DNA from: Candidatus Cloacimonadota bacterium
GTDB taxonomy: Bacteria; UBA4055
NCBI GenBank assembly: GCA_002742935.1
Contig: PDON01000067.1
Coordinates: 5,766-69,765 of the forward strand
Reading direction: 5' to 3'
DNA length: 64,000 nt
This document shows positions 48,679 to 58,748 of this stretch, in pieces. The notes under the pieces were generated by a model. That model had not been told where the DNA came from. It saw only the letters and a program-made list of their open reading frames with translations, and did no database searches. Every line of letters starts with the position of its first letter. Position 1 is the first letter of the stretch. Made by a program: the position numbers and the translations under genes.

Positions 48679-49812
48679 ATGATTGATTTAGAGAAAATGT
48701 TCCAAGATCTCATCGCTATGGGGGGATCTGATATCCACATTAAAATTGGAAACAAACCCATCTTTAGAGTAAATGGGGATCTTTTTGATTACGGAGATGA
48801 GATAATCTCCTTTGAAACTATGAATAAAATAGTTCTTCTTCTTACAAAATCTCTTGACCAAGATGAGTTTAAGAGTGAGAAAGAAGCTGATTTCAGGTTT
48901 GTTATTAAGGGAATTGGAAGATTTAGGGTAAATGTTTATATGCAGAGAGGAACCTATGCTATTGCTATTAGAAGGGTTTCTCACACAATATCTAAAATAG
49001 AGGATTTAAAACTCCCCGATATTGTAAAAAAGATTGCTCTTCTTTCTAGAGGCTTGGTTTTAATAACGGGTACTGCCGGATCGGGTAAATCTACAACAAT
49101 GGCATCAATAATTGAATACATAAACCAAAATAGAAGAGCAAATATCATAACTATAGAAGATCCTATTGAGTTCCTCTTCAAAGACAAAAAGTCTATTATT
49201 CAACAGAGAGAAGTTGGCTCAGATACCAAAGATTTTAAAGGCTCTTTAAGGTATCTATTAAGACAGGATCCTGACATTGTTGTTATAGGTGAGATTAGAG
49301 ATCAAGAAACAATGGCTACTGCCCTGCGAGCAGCAAACACAGGTCATTTAGTATTCTCTACTCTCCATACAACGGATGCAAAACAAACAATTGATAGGAT
49401 TTTAAGCTTCTTTGAAGGACATCAACAGAATGAGATTAGATCCCTTCTTGCGGCAACTTTAGAAGCTTCAATATCTCAAAGGCTTATTCCTACCGTAGAG
49501 GGAGAGAGTAGAATTGTTGCTACAGAGGTAATGATAAAGAATGACTATGTTAAAGATTGTATTTTAAATTCCGAAAAAAGATCAAGTATAAAAGATGCCA
49601 TAAAAAAAGGTAGTTTTTACGGAATGCACGGTTTTGACGATAGTATTTTTAAACTTTACTCAAATGGTATGATCTCCTATGAAGATGCACTATTAAATGC
49701 TACATCTCCTGCAGAGTTTGAAATGAGAGTTAAGGGTGTTGATGATAGTAGTAATAGTGATTATTCTCTAGGTGATTACGATTATAACATGACAGGTAGA
49801 GATAGTTATTAA
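48679..49812 (+). CDS. type IV pilus retraction ATPase, PilT/PilU family
   Basis: SDIHI, RFRVNVY, GTAGSGKST, TIEDPIE, QREVG, LRQDPD, GEIRD, TGHLVFSTLHT. The AIRNLIRE motif is replaced, which is PilU-like. Confidence 0.93.
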   Translation: MIDLEKMFQDLIAMGGSDIHIKIGNKPIFRVNGDLFDYGDEIISFETMNKIVLLLTKSLDQDEFKSEKEADFRFVIKGIGRFRVNVYMQRGTYAIAIRRVSHTISKIEDLKLPDIVKKIALLSRGLVLITGTAGSGKSTTMASIIEYINQNRRANIITIEDPIEFLFKDKKSIIQQREVGSDTKDFKGSLRYLLRQDPDIVVIGEIRDQETMATALRAANTGHLVFSTLHTTDAKQTIDRILSFFEGHQQNEIRSLLAATLEASISQRLIPTVEGESRIVATEVMIKNDYVKDCILNSEKRSSIKDAIKKGSFYGMHGFDDSIFKLYSNGMISYEDALLNATSPAEFEMRVKGVDDSSNSDYSLGDYDYNMTGRDSY

Positions 49813-49903
49813 TTTAAAAAAGAGCTATAAATATCAAAGATCATAAATAAAGATCAATTATTAGCTTATTTTAATTAAAACACATAAATTAGGAGGATCT
49901 AAA

Positions 49904-50281
49904 ATGGTTAAAGATGATTTACTTTACAGTGAAGAGCATGAATATTTAAAAGTTGATGGTGACATTGCTACAGTAGGTGTAACTTTTTACGCTCAAGATC
50001 AGCTTGGAGATATTACCTATGTTGAACTTCCTGAAGTTGGGGACTCATTTGATAAGGGTGAAACTTTTGGTACTATTGAGGCTGTAAAAGCAGCATCTGA
50101 TCTTTTTATGCCTATTTCCGGTGAGATCATTGAGGTTAATGAGGAGTTAGAGGATACTCCTGAAACAGTTAACAAAGATTGTTACGGAAAAGGTTGGCTT
50201 GTTAAAATAAAGATCTCTGACAAGAGTGAAGTTGATTCATTACTTTCAGCTGACGCTTATAAAAAGATTATTGAAGACTAA
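49904..50281 (+). CDS. gcvH: glycine cleavage system H protein
   Basis: YSEEHEY, AQDQLGDI, IEAVKAASD (lipoyl Lys), N.DCYGKGW. Confidence 0.97.
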   Translation: MVKDDLLYSEEHEYLKVDGDIATVGVTFYAQDQLGDITYVELPEVGDSFDKGETFGTIEAVKAASDLFMPISGEIIEVNEELEDTPETVNKDCYGKGWLVKIKISDKSEVDSLLSADAYKKIIED

Positions 50282-50292
50282 ATTAAGTTTTC

Positions 50293-50326
50293 AGGATCTC
50301 CTGGAAATTAAATTTTGGGAGATCCT
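50293..50326 (+). terminator. hairpin after gcvH
   Basis: AGGATCTCC...GGAGATCCT stem. Confidence 0.5.
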
Positions 50327-50507
50327 AACTATAATTGCTTTCTATCCATTATTCCAAAATATATCTAAAAGAGATTTTTACTTTAGCAGTAATGAAGATT
50401 TGATTTTCTATAAAATTAATCTAATGCTTTGTATTTCCTTAGTATTCTTCATATCTTTAATTATATATCTCAATTAGATTTAGAAATAATTAACTAAGGA
50501 GTTTCTT

Positions 50508-51845
50508 ATGCCGTATATTGCTAATACCTCTTCTGATCAGAAAAAAATACTCTCATCAATTGGAGTAGATAAATTTGAAGATCTTCTCTCAGCTATACCT
50601 GAAAAATTTTTACTTAAAGATGGTCTTAATATTGAAAAGGGTAAAAGTGAATGGGAAGTAAGCTCTTTACTTAGGGGCTTTTCAAAGGAAAATCTTAATA
50701 CACTAGATTATACATCCTATCTTGGAGCCGGTTCTTACGATCACTATGCACCTTCAATCGTAGGATATATTATATCAAGACCTGAATATCAAACAGCTTA
50801 TACCCCCTATCAGGCAGAGGTTAGTCAAGGAACATTACAGTCAATTTTTGAGTTTCAATCTCACATATGTAGATTAACCGGAATGGATGTTTCTAATGCC
50901 TCTATGTATGATGGAGCTACAGCTATGGCTGAAGCTGTTATTTTAGCCTCTTCACACACCAGAAAGAAGAGAGTTTTGATTGCAGAAACAGTTCATCCTT
51001 ACTATAAAGAGGTTATAAAAACCTATACATCTTCCCTTGATATTGAGCTTGTTGAAGTTGAAATGGAAAACTACGCAACCCCTTATGCAACTATTGAAAA
51101 GAGATTTGATGATACTATTGGTGCAATAGTAGTTCAATCTCCAAACTTCTTTGGAACAATTGAGGATTGTACTGAAATTGGTAATCTTGCTCACTCTAAA
51201 AAGGCTTTATTTATTATGGGTGTTGATCCTATAAGTTTAGGTATTTTAAAAAAGCCTTCAGAACTTGGTGTTGATATTGTTGTCGCTGAAGGGCAATCTT
51301 TAGGTTTACCTCAAGCTTTTGGTGGTGCTTACCTTGGAATCTTTGCAACAACTAAAAAACTTATGAGAAAAATTCCCGGTAGAATAGTAGGAACCACGGA
51401 GGATTCTGAAGGTAAAAAGGGATTTGTTCTTACACTTCAAACAAGGGAGCAACATATAAGAAGAGATAAGGCAACATCAAACATATGTTCAAACCAAGCT
51501 TTATGTGCATTAGCAAGCAGTGTTTATCTTTCAACAATGGGTAAAAGTGGTATTGTTGAAGTTGCTAAAAGCTGTTATTCGAGAGCTCACTATCTAGCAA
51601 AAGGGTTAGCCTCTATTGAAGGTGTTGAAATAGATCTTGAAAAGCCATTTTTTAAAGAGTTTGTTGTTAAAACAAAAATTAAAGCCAGTGAAATTTGTTC
51701 AAAGTTGTTGGAAAAGAACATATTTGGAGGTGTTCCTTTAGATAAGTTTGGAAAAGATCCTTATTCGCTTCTAGTTGCTGTCACTGAGAAACGAAGTAAA
51801 GAGGAGCTTGATCTATATATAAAACTGTTTTCTGAGGCAATTTAG
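50508..51845 (+). CDS. gcvPA: glycine dehydrogenase (decarboxylating) subunit 1
   Basis: YLGAGSY, TAYTPYQAEVSQG, NASMYDGATA, LQTREQHIRRDKATSNICSNQ. Confidence 0.97.
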   Translation: MPYIANTSSDQKKILSSIGVDKFEDLLSAIPEKFLLKDGLNIEKGKSEWEVSSLLRGFSKENLNTLDYTSYLGAGSYDHYAPSIVGYIISRPEYQTAYTPYQAEVSQGTLQSIFEFQSHICRLTGMDVSNASMYDGATAMAEAVILASSHTRKKRVLIAETVHPYYKEVIKTYTSSLDIELVEVEMENYATPYATIEKRFDDTIGAIVVQSPNFFGTIEDCTEIGNLAHSKKALFIMGVDPISLGILKKPSELGVDIVVAEGQSLGLPQAFGGAYLGIFATTKKLMRKIPGRIVGTTEDSEGKKGFVLTLQTREQHIRRDKATSNICSNQALCALASSVYLSTMGKSGIVEVAKSCYSRAHYLAKGLASIEGVEIDLEKPFFKEFVVKTKIKASEICSKLLEKNIFGGVPLDKFGKDPYSLLVAVTEKRSKEELDLYIKLFSEAI

Positions 51846-51885
51846 AAGAGCTTCTTTTAAGTTAGACAAGAAACAAGATATTTAT

Positions 51886-51917
51886 ATAAATCCCGGTTAA
51901 ACCGGGATTTATCTTTT
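51886..51917 (+). terminator. rho-independent terminator after gcvPA
   Basis: ATAAATCCCGGT-TAA-ACCGGGATTTAT then CTTTT. Confidence 0.75.
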
Positions 51918-52043
51918 ACATATATCTTATATACCGTTTTAAATTATAATTGATAGTAGATAATTTATAATTATTTAACTAAATTGTATCAATAAATATT
52001 AGATCTGTCTTGATTTTTAAATAGCCGATATTTAGGATTAAAA

Positions 52044-52958
52044 ATGAGTAAAAAAATAAAAATATCACACTATATTGAATATCTATTAACTTTAATATTT
52101 TTAAAACTTCTCAAGTTAGTACCCATATCATTCTTATATCCTCTTGCAAAAGGTATAACCAATGTTGTTACTCTCTTTGTAAAACCTAGAAGTAAAGTTG
52201 TTTTAGATAATCTTACCATAGCTTTTCCGAATATGAAGAAAGAGGAGATGGAAGATATAAGGTATAGAATGTATGTTAATATTGCTATGACATCTCTTGA
52301 AAGTCTCAAATATCTCTACCTCTCCAACAAGGATAAGATAAAATTTATAGAACATGATAAGGGTAATATAGATGATTTTAAAAGTTCCCTTTCAGAAAAA
52401 GGAGGGATTGTTGTAGGTGGGCATCTTGGTTTTTTTGAAGGAGGAGGTTTCTTGGGTGCTGCTCTTGGTATAAAAACATCTTTCGTTGTGGCAAACCAAA
52501 AAAATAAACTTACGGAAAAACTTATAGATATTCCTCGCGAGGGTAATGGTATTAGAGTTATCCATAGAAAAAAGGATTCTGCCAGAAATATTTTAAGAGC
52601 ATTTAGAGATGGCTATTGTATTGCGATGCTATCAGATCAAGATGCAGGTAAAATAGGGGATTTTGTAACATTCTTTGGCAAGAAAGCATCTACTCATAAG
52701 GGTGCTGCTGTTTTTGCTTTAAAGTTTAAACTTCCAATCTATTTTGTTGATATAAGAAGAGATAAAAAAATTAAATACAAACATAAACTAAACTTTATAA
52801 AGATTGATTTTAAAGATATTGAAGAAAGCAACCTTGATTTTGATGATAAGGTTAAATCTTTGGTACAGAGATATACAAATGTTTTAGAGGATTATATAAA
52901 ACTACATCCTGAAGAGTATTGGTGGGTACACAAAAGATATAAAACAAAAGAGAAGTAG
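52044..52958 (+). CDS. lipid A late acyltransferase (LpxL/HtrB family)
   Basis: NLTIAFP, GHLGFFE, MLSDQD, VTFFG, HPEEYWWVHKRYK. Confidence 0.9.
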   Translation: MSKKIKISHYIEYLLTLIFLKLLKLVPISFLYPLAKGITNVVTLFVKPRSKVVLDNLTIAFPNMKKEEMEDIRYRMYVNIAMTSLESLKYLYLSNKDKIKFIEHDKGNIDDFKSSLSEKGGIVVGGHLGFFEGGGFLGAALGIKTSFVVANQKNKLTEKLIDIPREGNGIRVIHRKKDSARNILRAFRDGYCIAMLSDQDAGKIGDFVTFFGKKASTHKGAAVFALKFKLPIYFVDIRRDKKIKYKHKLNFIKIDFKDIEESNLDFDDKVKSLVQRYTNVLEDYIKLHPEEYWWVHKRYKTKEK

Positions 52959-53018
52959 GTTAGAGATCTCTATTTAATCTTTTTAAGATTTATATATTTC
53001 AATTATAAGGGTATTTAT

Positions 53019-54788
53019 ATGAACTTTACAGATCCTCATCAGGCTTTTGCTGATTTTTTTCAAGATAAAGATCTCAGAGGTTTAGCCTACGGTCTTTCTA
53101 AAAGAGTTGTAGAGGGGCATCTTTGTTTAGAGGTTGAATCCTACAATAAAGATGTTTTAGAGTATAGGAAAAGTTTAAAAGAGATAGAGGTACAATCTTT
53201 AAGATATCCCACTACCATTGAAGAGAAATCTGTTCTAGAAAATAGCTATATCTACTTTCCTCAAAGGGGAGGAGATCTAAATAAACCTTTTGTTTATGAT
53301 AATGGTAAATTTTACTTGGCAAGATATTGGTTTTATGAGAAAAATATCTTAAATAGAGCAAAAGAGTTACTTAACAGAGAGTTTATATCCAAAGATACTA
53401 TATTAAAGGAGAGTGATTTTATTAGAGATCTCTTTAACAGTAGTGAAAAAATAATCAATTGGCAGTTAGTAGCTACAATATCTTCTCTTCTAAAATCTTT
53501 TTCAATAATAACAGGTGGGCCCGGAACAGGGAAAACTACCACTATTGCAAAACTTTTGGCTATAGTCATAAAAATAGATCCTACCATAAAGATAGCTCTT
53601 GCAGCACCAACAGGAAAGGCTGCAACAAGAATGAATGAGAGTCTTAATAATAGTATAAATGATAAAAATTATGGTTTACAAGCTCCTGAAGAGATAAAGA
53701 AGGCTATAGGTAATCTGAAAGCTGAAACAATACACAGGTTACTTGGTTGGAAAGATAAAACACACTATTTTATTCATGATAGAAAAGATCCTTTAAACTA
53801 TGATCTTATAATAGTTGATGAAGCTTCCATGATTGATGTTTCTCTAATGAGTAAACTTTTAGATGCTATCCCTGAAACAGGAAAAATTATCCTTTTGGGG
53901 GATAAAAATCAATTAGCATCAGTTGAAGCGGGTTCTGTTTTTGGTGATATATGCAGAACTCAAGGTAAAACTACCAATAATCTAAACAGAGATACTATAG
54001 AGATCTATAATATTTGTAACGGCTTTGGAGATCTACTACCTTTTGAAACCAGTTTAAACTTTTTTTCAGGATCCATTGTTGAACTGATAGTTAGTAGAAG
54101 ATTTAAGGATAGTGAGGGTATAGGAAAGTTTAGCAAAAGCGTTATCTTAGGTGAAAGTTCTATTGTAGATGATCCTGAATTTTCAAAAGAGGAGACAGAG
54201 GGAGAATCTGTGTATATTACAGAAAAGTACAACTCCCTCTCAAGATATTATAGAAAATATAAAGATTATTTAAGGGAACCGGATATTGATAAAGCTTTAG
54301 AAAAGTTTGATAACTTTAGATTGCTTACCGCAACAAATGATGATCAGTTTGGCCTCCATACGTACAACAAAAATGTTGAGGAATATTTGGGACTAAATAG
54401 AGGAAATCACCCATTTTATCACAATCAACCTATAATGATAACTAAAAATAATAGTAAGCTGGGTATCTACAACGGAGATATAGGGATTGTGAGAGAATAT
54501 GAGGGAAGATTATATTTATACTTTTCAAAAGATAAAAAGGTTAGTGTTGTACATATAGTAGATTACGTAACGGCTTTTGCAATAACAATTCATAAAAGTC
54601 AAGGTTCCGAGTTTAAGGAGGTTTTAATAGTTTTACCTGAAAATGGATCCAAGATCTTATCTAGAGAGTTACTTTATACAGCAGTAACAAGAGCTAAGAA
54701 GAGGGCTACTATTGTTGCTAAAAATGGAATCTTAAAAGAGGCAATATCAACAGGTGTGGAGAGAAGTTCAGGTATAGTTGATGTTTAA
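53019..54788 (+). CDS. recD: exodeoxyribonuclease V alpha subunit
   Basis: GHLCL, YLARYW.YE, INWQ, ITGGPGTGKTT, APTGKAA, VDEASM, GDKNQLASVEAG, TIHKSQGSE, LYTAVTRA. Confidence 0.93.
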   Translation: MNFTDPHQAFADFFQDKDLRGLAYGLSKRVVEGHLCLEVESYNKDVLEYRKSLKEIEVQSLRYPTTIEEKSVLENSYIYFPQRGGDLNKPFVYDNGKFYLARYWFYEKNILNRAKELLNREFISKDTILKESDFIRDLFNSSEKIINWQLVATISSLLKSFSIITGGPGTGKTTTIAKLLAIVIKIDPTIKIALAAPTGKAATRMNESLNNSINDKNYGLQAPEEIKKAIGNLKAETIHRLLGWKDKTHYFIHDRKDPLNYDLIIVDEASMIDVSLMSKLLDAIPETGKIILLGDKNQLASVEAGSVFGDICRTQGKTTNNLNRDTIEIYNICNGFGDLLPFETSLNFFSGSIVELIVSRRFKDSEGIGKFSKSVILGESSIVDDPEFSKEETEGESVYITEKYNSLSRYYRKYKDYLREPDIDKALEKFDNFRLLTATNDDQFGLHTYNKNVEEYLGLNRGNHPFYHNQPIMITKNNSKLGIYNGDIGIVREYEGRLYLYFSKDKKVSVVHIVDYVTAFAITIHKSQGSEFKEVLIVLPENGSKILSRELLYTAVTRAKKRATIVAKNGILKEAISTGVERSSGIVDV

Positions 54789-54827
54789 AGCTATTTTGGA
54801 TCGATCCCTTTTTTCACTAAATTCTCT

Positions 54828-55250
54828 CTATCTTCCGCTACTTCCGAAACCTTTATCTCCCCTTTTGGTAGATCCTAAAGATTCCACTTCTATAACTTCT
54901 GAAATAAAATGTTTTCTCAAAACAAGTTGAGCTATTTTATCACCTTTTAGTATATGGTAATCACGACCTGAAAGATTTACTAAAATAACTCTATGTTCAC
55001 CTCTATAACCATTATCAATAATGCCTCCGGTAGGAAATATACCCTTTAAAGCCATACCCGATCTACCTTCAATCTGTCCCCAATAACCTTCAGGGTACTC
55101 AATAGAGATACCTGTTGCTACGCCAACCGTTGAGTTTTTGGGTATAACGGTATCCTCTAAAGCTCTTAAATCCCATCCTGCATCCATCTCATCTTTCTTT
55201 TCCGGAAGATAAGCCTCTTTATCAAGTTTCAAAACTTTTAAACTAATCAT
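54828..55250 (-). CDS. dut: dUTP diphosphatase
   Basis: AGWDL, GRSG, GIIDNGYRGE, GDKIAQL, RGDKGFGSSG. Confidence 0.96.
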   Translation of the reverse strand: MISLKVLKLDKEAYLPEKKDEMDAGWDLRALEDTVIPKNSTVGVATGISIEYPEGYWGQIEGRSGMALKGIFPTGGIIDNGYRGEHRVILVNLSGRDYHILKGDKIAQLVLRKHFISEVIEVESLGSTKRGDKGFGSSGR

Positions 55251-55257
55251 AAATCCT

Positions 55258-57324
55258 CTAAATTTTCATCTTTAATATACGCATAGAGTTTAACACGGCT
55301 ACAAGAGCAACTCCAACATCTGCAAAAACAGCCTGCCAAAGAGTTGAAAGCCCCATAGTTCCAAGCCCCATAATAGATATTTTTGCTATAAGGATAAATG
55401 ATATATTCTGTATAATCAACTTTTTATTTTTCTTAGATATTGAAAACAGCTTTTTTGTCAACCCTATATCATCATTCATAAATACAATGTTTGATGCCTC
55501 AATAGCTGCATCTGAACCAAGTTTCCCCATAGAAACACTTATATCTGCAACAGTCATAACCGGAGCATCATTGATTCCATCTCCAAAGTATAAAACTTTA
55601 CTTTTCTTTTGAAGATTTTCTATTGTTGAAACCTTATCATTAGGTAACATTTCAGAAAAAGTTTCTTTTATATTTAACTCTTTTGATACCTCATCTGCAA
55701 TATGTTTCAAATCTCCACTTATGAGAGCTGTTGTTAGTCCCAAATTGTTACAGTATGAGATTGTATCAACAGAATCCTTTTTTAAGCTGTCCTTTAGTGA
55801 AATAGCTGTAAGAACTTTATTTTTCGTGGCTAATATAACTTGAAACTTTTTATATTCACTAATATCTAACCCTAAATCAGATATATACTTTTTACTTCCC
55901 AAATAGTACTCTTCACCGTTTACACTTCCCCTTAATCCATAACCTCTTATCTCCTCAAAATCTTCAACCTCTATCTCTTTAGCTCCATTTTTAAGAGCAT
56001 TTGATATTAAAACTTTAGAGAGTGGATGGGTTGATTTCTTTTCAAGATTGTAGATTATGTCAAACGGTATCTCTTCTCTGCTACTTTTTATTTCACTTAT
56101 TTCAGGTTCCCCGTTAGTTAATGTTCCGGTTTTATCAAAAGCTACCGTTCCTACTCTATTTACCTCATCTAAGAAACCACTTCCTTTAATAAGAATCCCC
56201 TCTTTAGCTGCTCTACCTATGGAAGCAAAGTATGTTAAAGGTATGGAAAGAACCAAAGCACAAGGGCAGGAGATTACAAGAAAAACAAGACCTTTATATA
56301 TCCATTCAGAGTAGTTTCCATCAATAATAAATGGAACTCCAACTCCTATTACTACGGCTATGGCAACAACTATAGGTGTGTAGTAGGAGGCAAACTTATT
56401 GAGAAGTGTTTCTGTTCCGGATTTTTTTATACTTGAATTTTCAATAATATCTAGAATCTTTTTAACCGTTGATTCAGAATAAGGCTTTGTTACCTTTATC
56501 TTTAATACAGAGTTTACATTAACCATTCCACTTAAAACTGTATCACCCTCTTTTACAAATCTTTCAATACTTTCACCTGTAAGAGATGATGTTTCAAGAT
56601 TACCACTTCCAGAAACAATCTCTCCATCCAGGGCAATTTTTTCGCCTGCTCTTACCTCGAAGAGATCTCCTACCTTACCATTTTCAGGTATTGTATCATC
56701 ATACAGGAAACCCTTTACAACCCTTAATCTATCAGGCTTTAAATCTGTTAATGATTTAATTTGATCTCTTGAGCTTTTTACTGCAGCTCCTTGAAAAATT
56801 TCTCCGGCTTTATAAAAGAGCATTACAGCTACAGCTTCGGGATATTCTCCCAATATTATTGCTCCTATTGTTGCAATACTCATAAGAAAATTTTCATCAA
56901 AAAAGAGACCTTTCTTTATATTTAGAGTCGCTTTTTTAAGTACACTAAATCCTGCCACCAGATATGAAACAATAAATATAGGGGTTGAGATATTAATATT
57001 TTCAATATTGATTGCTACAATTAGTAAGCTTATGGAAATAAAGAAAAGAAACATTTTTTTCTTGTCAAAATTTGAATGGGTATGATTTTTAGTTTTATTT
57101 GGATCTTCAACAAATGAACCCGGTTCATTTTTCTCCATAATTTTATTAACTGTTTCAATAATAGTATCCTTTATTGAGGTGTCAAAATCAATAGATATAG
57201 TTCCTGCACTAAAGTTTATATTTGCATCTATGATATTTGGAGTTTTTCTTATCTCTTTCTCAATTTTTCCTGCACAACCTGCACAATCAACCCCAAAAAA
57301 GTTAAGTTTAATACTACTTTTCAT
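55258..57324 (-). CDS. cadA: Cd/Zn/Pb-translocating P1B-type ATPase
   Basis: N-terminal DCAGC, TGES, SCPCAL, DKTGT, HP, GDGINDAP, FADVG. Confidence 0.92.
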   Translation of the reverse strand: MKSSIKLNFFGVDCAGCAGKIEKEIRKTPNIIDANINFSAGTISIDFDTSIKDTIIETVNKIMEKNEPGSFVEDPNKTKNHTHSNFDKKKMFLFFISISLLIVAINIENINISTPIFIVSYLVAGFSVLKKATLNIKKGLFFDENFLMSIATIGAIILGEYPEAVAVMLFYKAGEIFQGAAVKSSRDQIKSLTDLKPDRLRVVKGFLYDDTIPENGKVGDLFEVRAGEKIALDGEIVSGSGNLETSSLTGESIERFVKEGDTVLSGMVNVNSVLKIKVTKPYSESTVKKILDIIENSSIKKSGTETLLNKFASYYTPIVVAIAVVIGVGVPFIIDGNYSEWIYKGLVFLVISCPCALVLSIPLTYFASIGRAAKEGILIKGSGFLDEVNRVGTVAFDKTGTLTNGEPEISEIKSSREEIPFDIIYNLEKKSTHPLSKVLISNALKNGAKEIEVEDFEEIRGYGLRGSVNGEEYYLGSKKYISDLGLDISEYKKFQVILATKNKVLTAISLKDSLKKDSVDTISYCNNLGLTTALISGDLKHIADEVSKELNIKETFSEMLPNDKVSTIENLQKKSKVLYFGDGINDAPVMTVADISVSMGKLGSDAAIEASNIVFMNDDIGLTKKLFSISKKNKKLIIQNISFILIAKISIMGLGTMGLSTLWQAVFADVGVALVAVLNSMRILKMKI

Positions 57325-57670
57325 CCAAATGCTCCATTCCCATATTTAATATTTTTGTTATATGATCATCTAACAGAGAGTAAAATATTACTTTACCTTC
57401 TCGTCTGTTTTTTACAAGCCTACTATGTTTTAATACTCTAAGTTGATGGGATATAGCCGATTGACTCATCTCTAAAAGAGCCGCTATATCACATACACAA
57501 AGCTCTTTTTCATTTAACGCCCATAATATTCTAACTCTTGTACCATCACCAAATATTTTAAAAAAATCTGCAAGATTGTGAAGATATTCATCTTTTGGCA
57601 TTTTAGCTCTTCTCTCTTCTACAATATCTTTATGTATAGCAATAGTTTCGCAAGTTTCTATTTTTGTCAT
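57314..57670 (-). CDS. cadC: ArsR/SmtB family metal-sensing repressor (CadC-like)
   Basis: N-terminal C....H, ELCVCDIA, SAISHQLR, DDH.........EH alpha5 site. Overlaps the cadA start. Confidence 0.88.
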   Translation of the reverse strand: MTKIETCETIAIHKDIVEERRAKMPKDEYLHNLADFFKIFGDGTRVRILWALNEKELCVCDIAALLEMSQSAISHQLRVLKHSRLVKNRREGKVIFYSLLDDHITKILNMGMEHLDEK

Positions 57671-57687
57671 ATCGGCCTCTCCTTAAT

Positions 57688-57734
57688 ATATGATCACTTG
57701 TTCATATGTTAATAAATAATATGAATTTTTGCAA
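57688..57734 (-). promoter_or_regulatory. cadCA promoter with SmtB/CadC-type operator
   Basis: Imperfect palindrome ATATGATCA-CT-TGTTCATAT (57688-57707) overlapping a minus-strand TTGCAA-17 nt-TAACAT promoter. Confidence 0.75.
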
Positions 57735-57855
57735 TAGATATTTTATTTAATCTTTTTTGTATTTAATGGAGATAATCTTTCTTATCTTCAATGTTTAGTG
57801 TGTAAAGGTTGTAATGGGTTACAAAATCTTAGGGCTAATAATATGGAGGTGAAAT

Positions 57856-58683
57856 ATTTATCAAAACTATATAGATATTAAAGATGAAGAGTTTGAGAAT
57901 ATAAGATTGTTCATCTACAATAAAGCCGGTATAAATCTAACATCTCAGAAAAAGCATCTAGTTGCGGGAAGGTTGCAACAAGTTGTAAAGAGGTTGAATC
58001 TAAGTAGTTTTGAGGATTACTACAGATCTCTTAAATCTGATAAAAAAGGTATTTTGACAACAGAACTAATTGATAAAATATCCACAAACCATACATTCTT
58101 TAATAGAGAAAAAAAACATTTTGATCTTTTTAGGGAAACTATTCTACCCGATGTAGTTAAACGCTCTAAAGGAGTAGATATAAAAATATGGTGTGCTGCT
58201 GCCTCCACAGGAGAAGAGCCATATATGCTTGCAATATTGCAAAACGAGGTTTTTAAAAATTTAGGTTTCAACTTAAAAGTTAAGTTCTTAGCAACAGATA
58301 TATCTACGGAAGCTTTAATAAAAGCTAAGCAAGGTATCTATAATGCCGAAAGAGTTATCTCTATTTCCAAGTCTATGCTAAATACCTACTTTAATAGGTT
58401 AGATAATGGTAAGTATCAAGTTATTGATAGTGTGAGAACTCAAATTCTCTATAAGAGATTTAACTTAATGGATAAGTTCCCCTTTAAGGGTAAGTTTGAT
58501 ATTATCTTTGCAAGAAATGTAATGATCTATTTTGATAATGATACTAAAGCTAGGTTGGTGCAAAAGTTTTATGATTATCTAAATCCCGGAGGATATCTGT
58601 TTATAGGTTACTCTGAAAGCTTGGATAAAAAAAGTAGCCGTTTTATTGTTAAAGATCATTCTCTGTTTCAGAAACCTTATTAG
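57856..58683 (+). CDS. cheR: chemotaxis methyltransferase, probable ATT start at 57856 (track start TTG 57907)
   Basis: STNHTFFNRE, IWCAAASTGEEPY, ATDIS, ARNVMIYF. The conserved IKDEEFENIRLFIY segment begins upstream of 57907. SD GGAGGTGA at 57845-57852. Confidence 0.9.
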   Translation: MYQNYIDIKDEEFENIRLFIYNKAGINLTSQKKHLVAGRLQQVVKRLNLSSFEDYYRSLKSDKKGILTTELIDKISTNHTFFNREKKHFDLFRETILPDVVKRSKGVDIKIWCAAASTGEEPYMLAILQNEVFKNLGFNLKVKFLATDISTEALIKAKQGIYNAERVISISKSMLNTYFNRLDNGKYQVIDSVRTQILYKRFNLMDKFPFKGKFDIIFARNVMIYFDNDTKARLVQKFYDYLNPGGYLFIGYSESLDKKSSRFIVKDHSLFQKPY

Positions 58684-58748
58684 TAAACTATCCCTTATCT
58701 TTTAAATAGGTCATAAGTACATCCTATTTAGTTTCAAGGAGTCTTGTT

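Noticed and set aside
49813-49903. Glycine riboswitch upstream of gcvH
   Set aside because: The gap is only about 90 nt, AT-rich and lacks the GGAGA/CCGAAG/CUCUCAGG elements.
50226-50477. 83-aa ORF between gcvH and gcvPA
   Set aside because: It overlaps gcvH, runs through a terminator-like hairpin and has low-complexity AT-derived composition.
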